A stretch of DNA of 64,000 bases from Phoronis australis. Lineage: Eukaryota > Animalia > Phoronida. The DNA lies in the NCBI GenBank assembly GCA_002633005.1, contig NMRA01000443.1, positions 210,361 to 274,360 of the forward strand, given 5' to 3'. The notes beneath the pieces were generated by a model. The model saw only the letters and a list, made by a program, of their open reading frames with translations. It was not told where the DNA came from and made no database searches. The translations under genes and the position numbers were made by a program. Position 1 is the stretch's first letter, and every line of letters begins with the position of its first letter. Of the stretch, positions 26,756-41,500 are shown piece after piece.

Positions 26756-28577
26756 AATCTGTATAAAGCTACACATTATACACTATGTAATATATTCTTG
26801 ATGATGTAAACCATGGATATCTGTAAGTCTCGTACCACAGTCCGTGACCAACAAACTTAGCCCAAACCTCGGCTTGAAACCTGACAAATCAAGTGCAATA
26901 CGTCAAGTAAGTTTTCCAACTTCACACAATGTGAACTTTCATGTAGAGTACCGTGGTCACGATCCCAGGAGTTATTAAGTAAGGCTTGCACAGTTTTCGT
27001 CAAAAATAATCGTAACAAAATCTGTTTCCCTACCACGTCCGGTAATGTTCCATCAGCTGTTCGTGCAGGTATCCTAAACGTGAAATCCACTTGAACTCTG
27101 CCGTCACTACTGGGTATTCTGTTTGTGCTAAGGTCATTTTGTTACACCATCTTTGAACTGCATTTTGGGAGTCTTTTGAGATCATTATAATGCAACAAAA
27201 TCTCACAGGTTTGAAAAGTAAATGTTAAGCCTTACTAGCCAACACTAAGAGTGATTGGAAATGCACAATTCTCACAGTTTGTGTAGTGTGTTCCACATCC
27301 CACCACTACTACCTCCTGAATGGCTGGCGTCTATAAAACCACCCAAGATAAATGATATTGCTCACGTACACATCCACACAGACTTTAAAATATACATGCT
27401 ATTCAACCATTCATGGATTGAAAAGCTTCTTTAAATAACTTATGAAGAAACACGCATGTCATTTACATGGTAAATGAATCTCGTGCATGCTTTGAAACGA
27501 CAAAAATACAACTGCTAAAAATCGTCCTAACACCACAGTTATGTGACATTGAACAAAAATCTTTCTGGATGGACAACTTCCTTCAAGTTAATAGTTCTTA
27601 AAACACCAATTACTACACAGTGCTGATTTTCTTTATCACTTATACTGTAACACACAAACCACAACATTAGGCAACACTGAGGTTTTCAATATTAATGGCA
27701 GCCATTTTATTAATTGTGACCACTAGGCTGATGCTTCAGAATGACTGGATCATTCAAACATGTCAACAACAAAAGATGTCTATGCTAAGGCTAGCATTTT
27801 GCACGTCTGAACATATCACATTAATGTAATGCACGATTTTGTTAAGTTTGTTGACCCACAGAACACATGCTGTTTACATTGTACAAGCCGTGATTTCTCA
27901 CCGCGTCTTGTGACAACCGTCGATAAAAGCACCCAAGGTTGACCTGGCCACTGACCTCACAGACTGCCTCCAGCCACGCTAACTTGGCATTTGCCATACA
28001 GGTTTTATAAACTGGGACCCTGTAGGAGGTCGAATGTTTTTAACCAAAATTTAAAACATCTCTTTACACTACTTAACCACCAAGGCAATAATACTGACTT
28101 GCTGAGCAGTCTCCAATCACAAATAAATTATATCTACTAACTATGACTGTCAATTGCATTGCACTTTTACAACAATTCGCTAAATACACTTAGTAAATAA
28201 TATAATACACAACAAAAAGTGTCGCACAAAACGCATACTCTGCTTTAGTTGCCTTATTTGTTTCTCTGACAAGGGGTCACTTAAACTGTGGAACTTAAGT
28301 GTTAAAGTAAAATGTAATCTTATCAAACGTGGAAGTGAAGTGTTAAAGTCAAATATAATCTTATCAAAAGAAACCTCAAGTAACCAATTTCTATTGAAAT
28401 GAAAAAATTCTGATTTGTAAGTTAACCGTCTCTGTTTCATACTACAGGAAATAACATAAAACTTCCTTTATCTTGCAGTTGTTTCATTCGAAACAAATGA
28501 CATAACATGATTACACATTAAAGTAAATGTATCTTCAATTACTAGGAAGAACTCATCAGTAAGCTGTCGTGAACAAT

Positions 28578-29518
28578 TCATGAGGAGGTCATTGAACCAT
28601 TCCTGTTAGCGACCCCGCCAAAAGTCTTTATCTCACTAGGGTTCGTGACCCCAGCAAAGTTCATGACCCCACTGGGGTTGGTGACCACAGCTGAGGCCAT
28701 AACCTCATTTGAGTCTGTGGCTGTGACTGGAATAGTATTAAGAACACCACTGGGATTACTTCCTAGTGGACTGCTCAGGGAACTACTCCATGGATTATCA
28801 AAACTCTGTCGAGACGCGTACGAGGTCATATTGTCTTGAACAGGTTGTCCACGTTTTGAAATGCAGTTTGCTGCCTGAGATCCGTATCCGGTGATGTTTT
28901 GAGCTAGCGTGCTTCTCAATATGCTGTCTGAAGGAACGCCAGCTGAAGAGCTGTGGGTAGTGCCTATACTACTTAGGCTGGGGAACTGTGACATGGGAAC
29001 AGAGTCCTGGTGAGATGACCCAACAGCAGAGAATGGAGCACCATTGTAACCATTGTATTGATCTTGATTTAGCAATGAATTAGACCATGAACTGAATCCA
29101 TCTGACTGTGTCGAGCTTGGTGGGTTGTGACTGCTCATGAAATCATGCGGCTGAACCGGCATCTGATATCTGCTAAGTCCAGGGTAGGCGGACACTTGTC
29201 GATTCAGTAATTCAACAGAGGCAGGCAGAGCTTGGGTGGTCGGGTGTGAGTTGAAGCCCATCGTGGGCATGCCGTAAGGGTAACTTGGTGATCCTAGCTC
29301 GCTGTGACTAGTTGGCATGCCGATATCGTGGTTCAAGTAGGACTGTTGCTGTGGTAACTGTTGCTGTGGTAACTGTTGCTGTGGTAACTGTTGCTGTGGT
29401 AACTGTTGCTGTGGTAACTGTTGCTGTGGTAATTGCTGTTGCTGTGACAGCCCAGAAGTGGACTGCAGCACACGCTGTATCATGCTCCCACCACTTGTTG
29501 AGTTACTACGAGGTCCAT
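28578..29518 (-). CDS. RAD54L2: RAD54L2 last exon; low-complexity Q/S/P/N-rich tail containing (PQQQL)n
   Basis: gttgcag acceptor in phase with exon 20; 941-nt open frame to TGA. Confidence 0.85.
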
Positions 29519-32500
29519 CTGCAACACCAGAGATTTAATTGAAATGACAATTAGTTAGAAGACAGGAAGACTATACACACAGCAGTATGATTGTACCTCT
29601 CCTACACATGATCTAGGAGAGCCTTATTGAAAGGAATATCACACAGCTGAAGAGGTTAACTTCTTTCAAAATATAACAAAGATGTACAACAAAGATATAA
29701 GTAAGACATGCAAGGCCATGGCTTAATATTTGAGAATGTCGACATATTTCACCAAACAACCACGATCGCTTCCAACATGTGAAGTTTTGGTTTTGCAATT
29801 TATTCAGAATTTGCATTGAGTTGTCTTCGGCAGTCAACAATTTTGATCACATTTAAAGAGTGCAACTCCGGGTGATTTGAGATGTAAATATCTTTATTAC
29901 TAAGTCCGACAGGACATATACTTTTGTTACTCAACATAATGTGAGGTTTTGAAATATTGCCCAACATAATTGTGATGGCTGAATCACATGACTTGCGATC
30001 AGCATCTCAATTCTCCCAAGCGAGCCAATATGAACCAACAATGGAGCACATATCCAATTTTCACAAAAAAAAACTTGGCAATCCCTTTCAATGTAAACAG
30101 TGAACTTGGAGAGGATAGTGATGACAACAAAGTTAGCTACAATGAACTGGAATGACTGCAAGTGTCAATCATGTGTGAAGTCACTCCAGAATGGGTGGGG
30201 CAAACACGCCATGACAGCGCAACACGTTGGGCAAGAAACTAATTGATAACTAATACCTGATAACATTTTTAAGTTTCCATGTGCACTTATTCGATACACT
30301 GATTCATACGCCAAATGCATTGGGTGACTTTTTCGACCAATCAGAAGCGTTCGAGCGTGAACCGTAAATAACGAGTGAATGGCAGGACATTTTGATGTTT
30401 AGTAAGTCGGGGAAATATGTTGAGTAGTTTATTTAACATCAGCATTGACACCTGAATTTGTACTTTAATCGCAGCGATCATGACCGATTAGCAGAAAATG
30501 CATAATGACTGGCCCTATATCAAAATAAGAGGACGTGACCTTATAATTAGCATTTCTGGAAGGTCCCAGAAAATGCTTTATTTCACCTATAATGCCATGG
30601 CTTTATATATACAATTTTATGATATAGTCTAACACTTACGTGAGTATCAATAAGCAAAAAGCAAAAATCTAAACCCATTAACTTCAGTTTCTGAAGCGAG
30701 AGTGAATAGGAGTATTTTAAATCCCATATGGGTGGTGCTCACTCACACAGCGGAGTCGACTGTACCACTGCAGGTTAAGTGGCCTGCCCAATGGCACACC
30801 CACACAGCTACAGCAACCAGGGATTGAACACATGACCTTTCAGTTGAGAGTACGTCAGACGTACCCAGGAGTCATATTAACACCAACCAGTACTACATAC
30901 AACAACAACTAAATCCTCACCGCTACTTGACATAATGGGTTGAGTACTGCCACTGCAAGCTTGACTCATGACCATGCCACCACCATCCTTCTCGGCATTC
31001 TTTCGCACTGCAAAAATTCGCCCCGACATGGTACGCAGGTAAACCCCCTTGGGTGTTTTGATAACGAAGACTTTCTCACCAGCTGCAATCTTGTCGGCAC
31101 CGGCATTACTGGCTGTGTTTGTTCCAGGCAAAACAATTTCTGTAGTGGCAAAATTCTAAGATATATGGTGCGAAGAGAGACTAGACAGACAACACAAGAA
31201 GTGACACATGCTACACAGCTGGTGGTGTGACATCTGGTGGAGAAAAGATCCAACTATGTACCAATTGAAATGTGTTGAATGTGAAAATAACTACACTAAA
31301 GAATGTAACGAAGAACTGCATTGATGAAAAAAGGACACTGTAACGAGAAAATCCTTGTGGTTCATGAGAGAGGAAAATTGTCTTTCCCATAGTATACAGT
31401 ATTGTTTACGTTTTAGCAAAAAATTGAGATAAGTTCCACATGCTCAGTACACAGCAACACTGGCCAATCACATCAACTTAACCTTCCAGTTGCCGGGTCC
31501 AGGAGACACAGGGACAGTCATACCTGTGGTGGTGATAATCTGTTGTACAGACACTCCAGGTCTGCTGATAGGTGGCGCTGTGGGCTGAGGTATAGGTGTT
31601 GACATCATTGGTCTCACACTAGACAAACTAGACAGGTTGCTGCTGTTGTAGTACCTGGAAATGTGAAGGTGGGCTCATAAGAAAGGGAACATGGAAGTGT
31701 AAGAAAGAAGATAATTATGCAGTCATTATATTTGCAGTACAACACAAAAGTAATCACAGACAGAAAAATAGAAGATCATCTCCAAACAGGAATGGAATGA
31801 CTAAATCTTATTTTGAAGAACGGATTTCTTTCCTTGGTCTTCCCATGGCAGCTTTTTGTTGCATTTAATCAAAATTATAATCCATCTACGTACAATAAGA
31901 AAGCTTGTAGCAGTTATTTAATGTTAAAATTTTTGTCAAACAGTTTTTTATAACGGAATTTTTGGTTTTGCACAGATGTTTCATCAATTTTCACGTGGCA
32001 ACATTCAGTTAGCTATTTTTGAAAACTGCTCAAGGTAAAAGCTCGACAGAATAAAAAGTTCACCTTCTGCTACTTTCCAAAGACTACTAACATGTTGTGA
32101 ATAAAAAACAAAACATTTTACCTATGACATAGAACTTAAATATTTAGTGCTATTTTTTACAGAAAAACGGAAGAATCAAAATTTCACTTGTGTGCCGCAC
32201 TGTACCCTAAATTAGCGAGACTGTACATGTCTAAGACAGCATCAGACTTTCAGTACATGTGAACAAAGAAAAGTACAAACTTGCTATAGATGGGGTTCAA
32301 CATGGGCTGTGGTGGCGGTGGAGGTGGCTGGTTGGGCTTGGAGTAGAACGCTGAGTACGAGGGCCGCGTGTATGATACGTTCAGTCTCTTCTCTCGCTCA
32401 TACGCCATCTTGGCAATGCGCTTTTCTGCTTTTGATAGCTTGTAGTCTTTACGGTCGATGAGCAGAGATTCATGGGTAAAAGGTTCCTGCAGAATGTAAC

Positions 32501-35500
32501 AGTGACAGGTTAATAAATGAACAAGTCAAAATGTCATTGAATCAAAAACAAATATTCCGAGAAAGAAAATGCCCAACCACGACCCCAAAAGACTGTTGGA
32601 TCACAAGCAAGCTTGGCAAACAATCTGCAGTTCATTATCATGATGATTGTAAACATGCATGGACGTTTAAATGGCTATCTTGAAGGCTCTCAAAACTATT
32701 GTTTGCTGTGGTGAAGTAGTAATCAAAGTGGTGACTGGTGATTTAACTGCAATGTGAATGCCAACAAGCACTTAACATAGAGATAATGATCTCTTTAATG
32801 TTAACACAGTTAATATGTTAATTGGCTGCTATGGTTAGGCAGTGATAACATTCAAACCTTGGTAATCCAGTGTCCATTCCTGACGAGAACATCACAGAGA
32901 ACCGGGTCACCTGTCTTTTCAGCACAGTTCTGAAAGTCTATAACCGGCAAGTCTTTGTCCTGCAGAAGTAACAAAGGTCACATTCATGTCATAGCTTGAC
33001 CATATATCTACACCTAAGGCTGACACAAAAAGCGAAATTCTGCTTGATTAAGATTGCTACACAAAAGCAGAGACAAAGACATTTTTATACTATTACCAGC
33101 ATGGAGTGAAGATGTCATAAAACAACATTTGGTCAAGTTTCCATTATTTGCAGCAAGGTATTCAGCCTTTGAAAAATGGAAAAATGAACATTTTGGCAAT
33201 TATTTTTGTGTGAAATAAGTTGAGGATTACAGTTGTTAATAAAAACAAAACCATGATGTCTCCGCAACAAACAATCATTTGTCCAAAAATTAGCCCAGGC
33301 AACAAAAACACTAGGCATTATATACTCACAGTGGTCAATTCTCCATTTTGCTTCTATTGTGCAAGAAAGGTAGCAACCTGAGACACCTTACATTTCATAT
33401 TGTTGCACAAATGTCAGTCTTGTGAATTGGTATCACTTGTGACAAATAAAGTTTGATTTGTGATCAATAGTGAACAATTGGCCAGAGTGCACCCGTACAA
33501 ATGATGCATCACATTGGACCAATCGGATCAAATGATGCATCACATTGGACCAATCAGATCAAATGATGCATCACATTGGACCAATCAGATCAGTCAGTTG
33601 TACCCGCATGTTGACACAATCATGTCTTGTTGCATAAGAAACATTAGGTAATTGGCTGTGTCCTCTAGCGACAAAACTGCAGGAAGTGAACAACCTTTTA
33701 CGCAGGTTTTAGTGATGCAATATGGGTAAGATAACACACACTTGTAGTGCTGGCTTATATAGGAAATGAGATTGCCTAAACCATTGACAGTTTTCACAAA
33801 CACTCCAAGAAACAAGCAGAAAAATTTTAACTTGTAACAAATTGCGTTCAAGAGAGCTGTTTAATCCTAAATTGTTTCTCACAGAGACAAATGTAACACC
33901 TCATAACACCACTTTTTGTCATGAATGTTCTACGCTCACAAACTCCTAGAAAGAGATGTTTACAAACCTCATACTGTAGAAGAGTGTCCACTTCTTTCCG
34001 GGTGAAATTGTTCTGTGGCTGAAGCTCGTCCACAACCCGATCTGCAACAGGGACAGTAACAATTAACAAGCCAACAACACCACGCAGTTGAGATAGTTGA
34101 GAATGAACTTGAACGTAAACTGTTATTGACACTGAATTCCAAAGCCGTGTCGTCACTGCAGAATGGTTTTCACCGGGATGAGGTACGTGAAAATCACCAG
34201 GTGGCGCTAGTGAAATAACTGTCCAGACTGTAGAAATGTAAAGATTCAGGTCACGTTCTTAGAGGACTCTATCTACAACAACACCACCTAGTGATGATAG
34301 AGTGAAACTATCAAGTGTAATCACCAAAGCTCCCCAACAGTATACTGTGCTGAACAAAAAGTTAACTGACATGTTTTTGTCCATGTGGCACACACAATCA
34401 GCGCTCAATTACAAACAGTTCCCGCTTGAGTTTTGCGACAGGGTACAGGAAAATTAAATTAAATTAAATTAAATTTGACCAAATGAGTTGAAAAGCATGT
34501 CGGCTGTTACATGATTTTCAAACATCAACAAAAGGGCATCAAGAGACAACGGCTATAACTGACCAGTTATAACACTAGGAGTTTTTCGAAAGTTCAAGTG
34601 AAAAATAAGACAAGCACAACCTGCACTCAGAACGAGTGTGATTACACAAGTGACGTATTTCAATAGCAAGTAGTTTGTTATGATTTTCTTTCTGTTTGTT
34701 AGAAGGATCAAAGTTCTGAATTACAGCAAGCGTACACTGTCTTTATGTGTCAAACGGTGAAATTAGGTTTAGTGTGGAGCTCACAAGCAATATTTTGAGG
34801 TGCTAAACTACATCAAATTTGTTTGATCTTAAAAGTTGCAGATTTTTGCTCTGCCAAATGGTACATGCAGTAATGCTTTAACTACTTGATAGTAAGACTA
34901 ACATTAAAGATGGTACGTACCAGACATTAGTAAGACTAACACTAAAGATGGTACGAACCAGACATTAGTAAGACTAATATTAAAGATGGTTCGTACCAGA
35001 CATTAGTAAGACTAACACTAGAGATGGTACGTACCACACATTAGTAAGACTAACACTGAAGATGTTACGTACCAGACATTAGTAAGACTAACACTAAAGA
35101 TGGTACGTACCAGACATTAGTAAGACTAACACTAGAGATGGTTCGTACCAGACATTAGTAAGACTAACACTAGAGATGGTACGTACAAGACATTAGTAAG
35201 ACTAAACTAAAGATGGTTCGTACCAGACATTAGTAAGACTAACACTAGAGATGGTACATACCAGACATTCCCTGCTTGTTCACTTGTCGATCGTAGATCT
35301 TTTTCTCCATCGTGTTGTCCGTGACGAAGCGATATATGAAGCATGGCCGCACCTGTCCATACCTGTACACGCGACAGATGGCTTGGCAGTCGTGACACGG
35401 ATTCCAAGAGGCGTCAAATACAACAACACGATTGGCTCCCACCAGATTGATACCAAGGCAACCAGCTCTAGAATGGCGGAGAAAGTATTGATGAATCTGA

Positions 35501-38500
35501 GGGCACAATGGTGAGGAAAAAAATATTAAGAAATGAAATAAATTTGACAAGCCAACAAATGGATTGACATGTTTGGTAACCTCGTGACGTTTAAATCACA
35601 ATTTCAATAATACTGTGTTACACAGCAAATAATTTAGTAAAAATCATATCACATTTTCGATAACACGCAGTAGATCCTAAAATTAATAAGATAAAATGAC
35701 CAGGAATTCCTGTCATGACAACAGAGTGCAAACTGAAATCTCCGTCATGACAGCCGAGTACAAGTAGTGTAAATGACCATCGGAATAGTAGTAACAATTA
35801 AGCATGACAGGTAGTCATGGTAAAGACACAGAATTATGAGCGTGTGCTACATAATATGTGCAATAGTGTACAAAGACTAGATACCTTCGGCTCAGTGATA
35901 ACTCAGTGGTAATTAAATTAACATTTCAATTGAATTTCTCCTACTGATTACTGAAATAGTAAAAAAGTAATGGAACTAAAAATGTTTTGTAAATTAAAAG
36001 AACGCCTAACATTCATAAGTACCAATACACAGAAAATTTGAAAGTGCGGATTAAACCAGTAATTCACTAAACACACACTGCTGAGCCTTTAACAGCAGAT
36101 ACTGCTGAGCCTTTAACAGCAGATACTGCTGAGCCTTTAACAGCAGATACTGCTGAGCCGTTAACAGCAGATACTGCTGAGCCTTTAACAGCAGATACTG
36201 CTGAGCCTTTAACAGCAGATACTGCAGAGCCTTTAACAGCAGATACTGCTGAGCCTTTAACAGCAGATAATGCTGAGCCTTTAACAGCAGATACTGCTGA
36301 GTCTTTAACAGCAGATAGTGCTGAGCCTTTAACAACAGATACTGCTAAGCCTTTAGCAGCAGATACTGCTGAGCCTTTAGCAGCAGATACTGCTGAGCCT
36401 TTAACAGCAGATACTGCTGAGCCTTTAACAGCAGATACTGCTGAGTCTTTAACAACAGATAGTGCTGAGCCTTTAACAGCAGATACTGCTGAGCCTTTAA
36501 CAACAGATACTGCTGAGCCTTTAACAACAGATAGTGCTGAGCCTTTAACAGCAGATTCTGCTGAGCCTTTAGCAGCAGATACTGCTGAGCCTTTAATAAC
36601 AGACCTTCCAAGAGAAGATACGCACCTTGTTGACAGTAGAAATAGACAACAGTTCTTGTTCTCAGGCTCATTGAACTGGTTTATCAACTTCTCTCGTTCC
36701 ATAGACGAAGTGCTGCCATCTAGCCCTGTAGAGAATCAACTAAACTGTAGTACCAATCAGTGTACCTGTACAACTAAAACTGGGAACTAACGCACAAAAT
36801 AAACTGTTGATTTGGACCACTTACCATAATGTCCTTTAGACAACTTTGATTTAAGGGCTTCAAAAGATCGCAAAGTTTGATATTGCTCGAGACCAAACTC
36901 TACAACTTGGCTTGCCACGGCACGTCATTTTATGCATGGTCTTAAGGAATAAGGAATCATCAGTTCTTTGCCTAGTTACCCATAAATCACTTCCATCTGA
37001 GTAAGCAACAAGTAGACATCAAAGTCAAAGTAGACACCAGTTTTGCGGCGACAAAAGTGGTCTAAATCAAAGTTTGTTTCTTCAACGAAAAATGAATTCA
37101 TGACTTTAAGATAGACACATGCTTGTGGAAAGACACAGCAGTGAATGTGACACCTAAAAGTGGAAAATTTTCATGTGATGCCTGAATATTGTCTTCTTTT
37201 ACATTTTCTTCGTTCATACCAGAGTATGAATCAACATGGATCATAAATTAATGTTCTGATATAAAAGAAACATTCAAAACTAAAAAACTAAATGGCTTGC
37301 TTGGTTCAATTGAACTCATTGAAGTGAGGTCTCATTTAATCAAAGCCATGGTCAAGTGTGCGAGAACTAAGTTCTTTTCCAGCAATTTGAAAACACGAGT
37401 TCCTCACAAAGATAAATTACACACACTATGTTACATTTTAAAAGTTCCACACAGTGCTAACTAGGTAAAGCCAAAGTTCCACACAGCGCTAACTAGGTCA
37501 AGTCAAAGTTCCACACAGTGCTAACTAGGTCAAGTCAAACTGAAATAGATCAACTTAGCAGCAGTGAATGTTTCCGTTAAAAGTTAGCCATGAACTACAA
37601 TCACTCCATAGTGCGTAATCACAAACAAAGGGTTCCACGTCAAAGCATAAACCGAAACGATCAACAATCAAAATGTCGAGACAAGCCAATCCGCTTTACA
37701 ACACCTGTACTTGATTTAAGTCAAGAGTGACTTACTGTAGTATGTTTTACCCCTCTCCCACTTCTCGTCTAACCCTGGTAGAGGAACTTTCACTCGTGAC
37801 AATATCTCTTCAATAGTACTTAGGGTGAACAAACTTTGGCTGAAACCAAGATGAGATCGCAAATTACCTACTGCGATTAACTGGTTAAGCAGAGAACTAT
37901 ACAGCAATAAGGGTTGACAGTCTGCTGCCATACTCAGACACCTATAAATTTATTGCTACTGTACAGGGTGATTCTCTTGAACAGGCACAAATCTTTTGCT
38001 GAATTTTTTCCCAATAGAGGCAGTAACTTCCAAATTTGGCAGACAGTTAACTATGTGCTGAGTTCATAATAACGTTGAACTGTGTCCTCAAACAGCTTAC
38101 AAGTGTTTAAACACGATTTCTTTTAGGACGGCACAGAATGCTGTATAAATTCCTACCAACTTCTGTATTGCCATCGTGCATCAAAACAAACCAGTGTCAA
38201 TCAATACCTGAACACAAGAACTTTTTCTCCGATAGCCAGAGTCGACTCGATGATGTTGAAGAGTAGAACCATCTTACCACCATTTTCCATAATGTTGGGT
38301 GAATACTGATCCATGAGGGGCACAGCCTGAAACATAAATTGTAAATGTAAGAAGGTTTAGTACAATGCAGGACACTGCAATGTATTCAGAACAGTGGATC
38401 GTGCACAGGCTAACAGGACATTTGAATGTATTCATAACACTCTACTGGGCACAGACCAACAGAATTCTTAAATGAATGTATTCACAATACTATAACGTCC

Positions 38501-41500
38501 AAAGAACAACGGGATACTTGTAATGTATTCAAAACAGTGTAGCGTACACAGACCAAAGATCTCCCGTATGATCACAGTACGTGAAAACAGCTCAACTGTA
38601 GGTCCAGACAGTATAGTGTCATAAAACAACGCAAGGAATTTTCAAATATGGCCGACAATATAAAACTATCAACAAAATGGCATCAACATAAAAAGTATGC
38701 AAAAAGCAGGACAAACATACACCTTGCATCAATTATTTGAAAAGCTGCATAAGGACACGAAAACAAGGGTAAACAAACTTTCAAACACCACGATTTGCCA
38801 AGCGATGAGTAAAAAAAACAAAGAAACAAATCCTGCATCATTTTTGTTCATCTCAGGTGGATTATCTTTTCGAAACAGTGGGCAACTAAAAGAATACTGC
38901 ACCACCGACTCTAGTTCAAAAAACACAAACCAGAACCAAGTATGCTTTTCTGGCCTAAACAATCTATTTTTTCAAACTGACAGCAAATTCCTGAATTACA
39001 TAATTATTAGCAACTCAAGCACAGTGCTGCCACCTACCCAGTCATATTTGATGGCCCTTTCGTTCTCCATCAGGTCCAGTGGCTTGCTTGCTTTCTTCTT
39101 TTTCTTCTTGTCATTATCTCCCCCACTTTTTGTGGACTCTGAGTCAGCAAGGTCAAGGTCGTTGTCTGCTATCAGACCCTGTTTGTGTTGTATCACCCGA
39201 TGTAAGATGTCCGGATGGTTCCAGATCTGTTGAGATGAAACGATCAGCACTCAGTGTGAGAGTCAACATCACTCAACAGAATACAGCACACTTGGTTTTC
39301 AACACAACTGGGACATGAAAAGATCCCACGACCAAATCATCCCAAACATCGCTCAATTGAAAAAATTCACGACTTGTCATATCAAAAAAATTGAGAAAGA
39401 GGCAGCTCATTATTCACAAATTGTGACTCTAAGTGTGAAAACACTAGCCTCAACAAGATCAAGTCATGTTATGCACACAACCTGATGCATGATGACTCCG
39501 ACAATTCCACTGGGACACACGTTTCAAAGTGAATGTTTTGATTTGATATTGAATGCATCAGAAGTAATAACAGAAGGTCTGAAACAAGACAATTCAACAC
39601 ATTATTGTACCATGACATCTGTGACCAGACGAAGCTTATAGACTGTTTTGGAGCAAAATGAATAACTGGCTTACCTTACAGCAGACAGCGAAAGCCTTGA
39701 GTGGGTTGGTAGACTCTGTAGCTAACAGTCCATTCTCTAGGTAATCCATATAGACCTTGTACAGCACCCTCTGCACGGGCGACATGCGGACTAAGAGGAC
39801 GTACTCTTCCTTGGGAGGCAGGGCATCCTTTAACACCTGGTGGCTACGTCTATAGAAGCAGTAGACAATTAAAGAGTCAATGGTTATATAATGTCTTCTG
39901 TCACCACCTGGTGGTGAATGATGGTACTAACACTGGGCGGGTGGAAGACTGGGCCAAATTTTGACTCAAATGCATGTTTCTTGTGTGCACCCCAAAGTGA
40001 ACTGTAAAGAATCTAATGATTAGTATACACATTTAACAGGATGAGCATGAATTTTTGTATGAGTGTTCCATTCAAATGAAACAGAAGATCAACCATTTTA
40101 CAACTCATTGAACCTTTGACCGCTGACCTCACCTCTGTACAAATCCCTCCAACAAACTGTGCAGCACGTGTGCTCGAGCTCTCATCAGTTGGACGTCCTT
40201 TGACGTGCTGTCCTGACACTGGCCGTTGTTGATTGGTCGCTCAAACATGTTGCAGAACTCAGTTTTGGTTCCCAGGAAGTTGGGCCGGACAAAGTCGACC
40301 ATACACCAGTATTCGAGGAGGTTATTCTGCAGGGGGTATCCGGTCAACACCACACGCCGTCTAGTGGGGAAAGAGGGAAACAGAAAGTGTAATGAGTCAG
40401 ATGAAAACTGTGGTTACTGATGCACAGAATGCGTTAGTTTTTAACTGAAAGTATTCACTAAGAAATACTCAACATAACCAGACCTTTTTCTGTCAACCTC
40501 ATTGAAATCCAATGACTCAATTCAATAACTTTTGTGCGCAGACATTTTAGTTTGGGGATTTTAAACATACAACAATTCAACATAAGAGTATGTAGTAGCA
40601 TGTAGTAGTATGCAGTGATGACACACAATTAACTTTTTTCATCCTCTCCTTCGCCACAGAGACAAGATGTCATCACTACTAATGAAAATGAGTGTATGCA
40701 TAATTAACACCTAATTATAATGACATATGATAATTAGTCCACGTCATCAATGACGACTATGACAGGTAATTACAGGTAAACACTCACCTTGTTCTAATTG
40801 TCTTAAGAGCCTGAGAGATGCCTGCATGACTGTTTTTGATTCTATGGCCTTCATCACAAATGATGAGATCTGGTCCAGGGTCCAGTAAAGCAGACTGCAT
40901 ATCTGGGATGGCAAAGGCATCAATCACAACCGTGACGGTCCACAGTATCAAAGGCAAAAGTAATAGCATTCCATGGTAGATTGATAAACATATCAGTTTT
41001 TAATAGTCCGTTTTAATGACTTGTAAAATAACATCAATTAATTACCCTTGAGTGAAACTGCCAATTTTCTTCATAATAGCTAATCATTATACAGAAGTAC
41101 ATTGTAACTGCTATTCTTATCACACCTGCATGAATAACACTGGATTAGATTTTTTCTTAGCTACATGGGTGCCTATACACATAGCTAAGTGTGTGTGTGT
41201 GTGTGCGCGTGCGTGTGTCTGTGAGCATGTGTACCTGTGCGTGTGTGTCACAGCTGAATTAAATGATCATCACTTGACCAGCCGTCGACTAAACAAAAAC
41301 AAGCAATTTCATTTTCCCCGACACTAGATGGCCTTACTACAGGGCTTGGAATGACCAATGGCGAAAAACGCGGAAATTTTTACGGCCCGAAACATGCGCG
41401 CAGCCAGCCTTGAAAAGGTCGGTGTGGACCTTTTGCCGACAAAAGTCGAGAGGACTAAAACAAAAAAAACGGTACCACCTCCGGAAGCGTGCGTCTGCGT

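Noticed and set aside
36067-36702. 211-aa ORF with (KGSAVSAV)n repeats
   Set aside because: It is read-through of RAD54L2 exon 14 past its donor (36625) into a 24-bp intronic minisatellite; the helicase continues in exon 15
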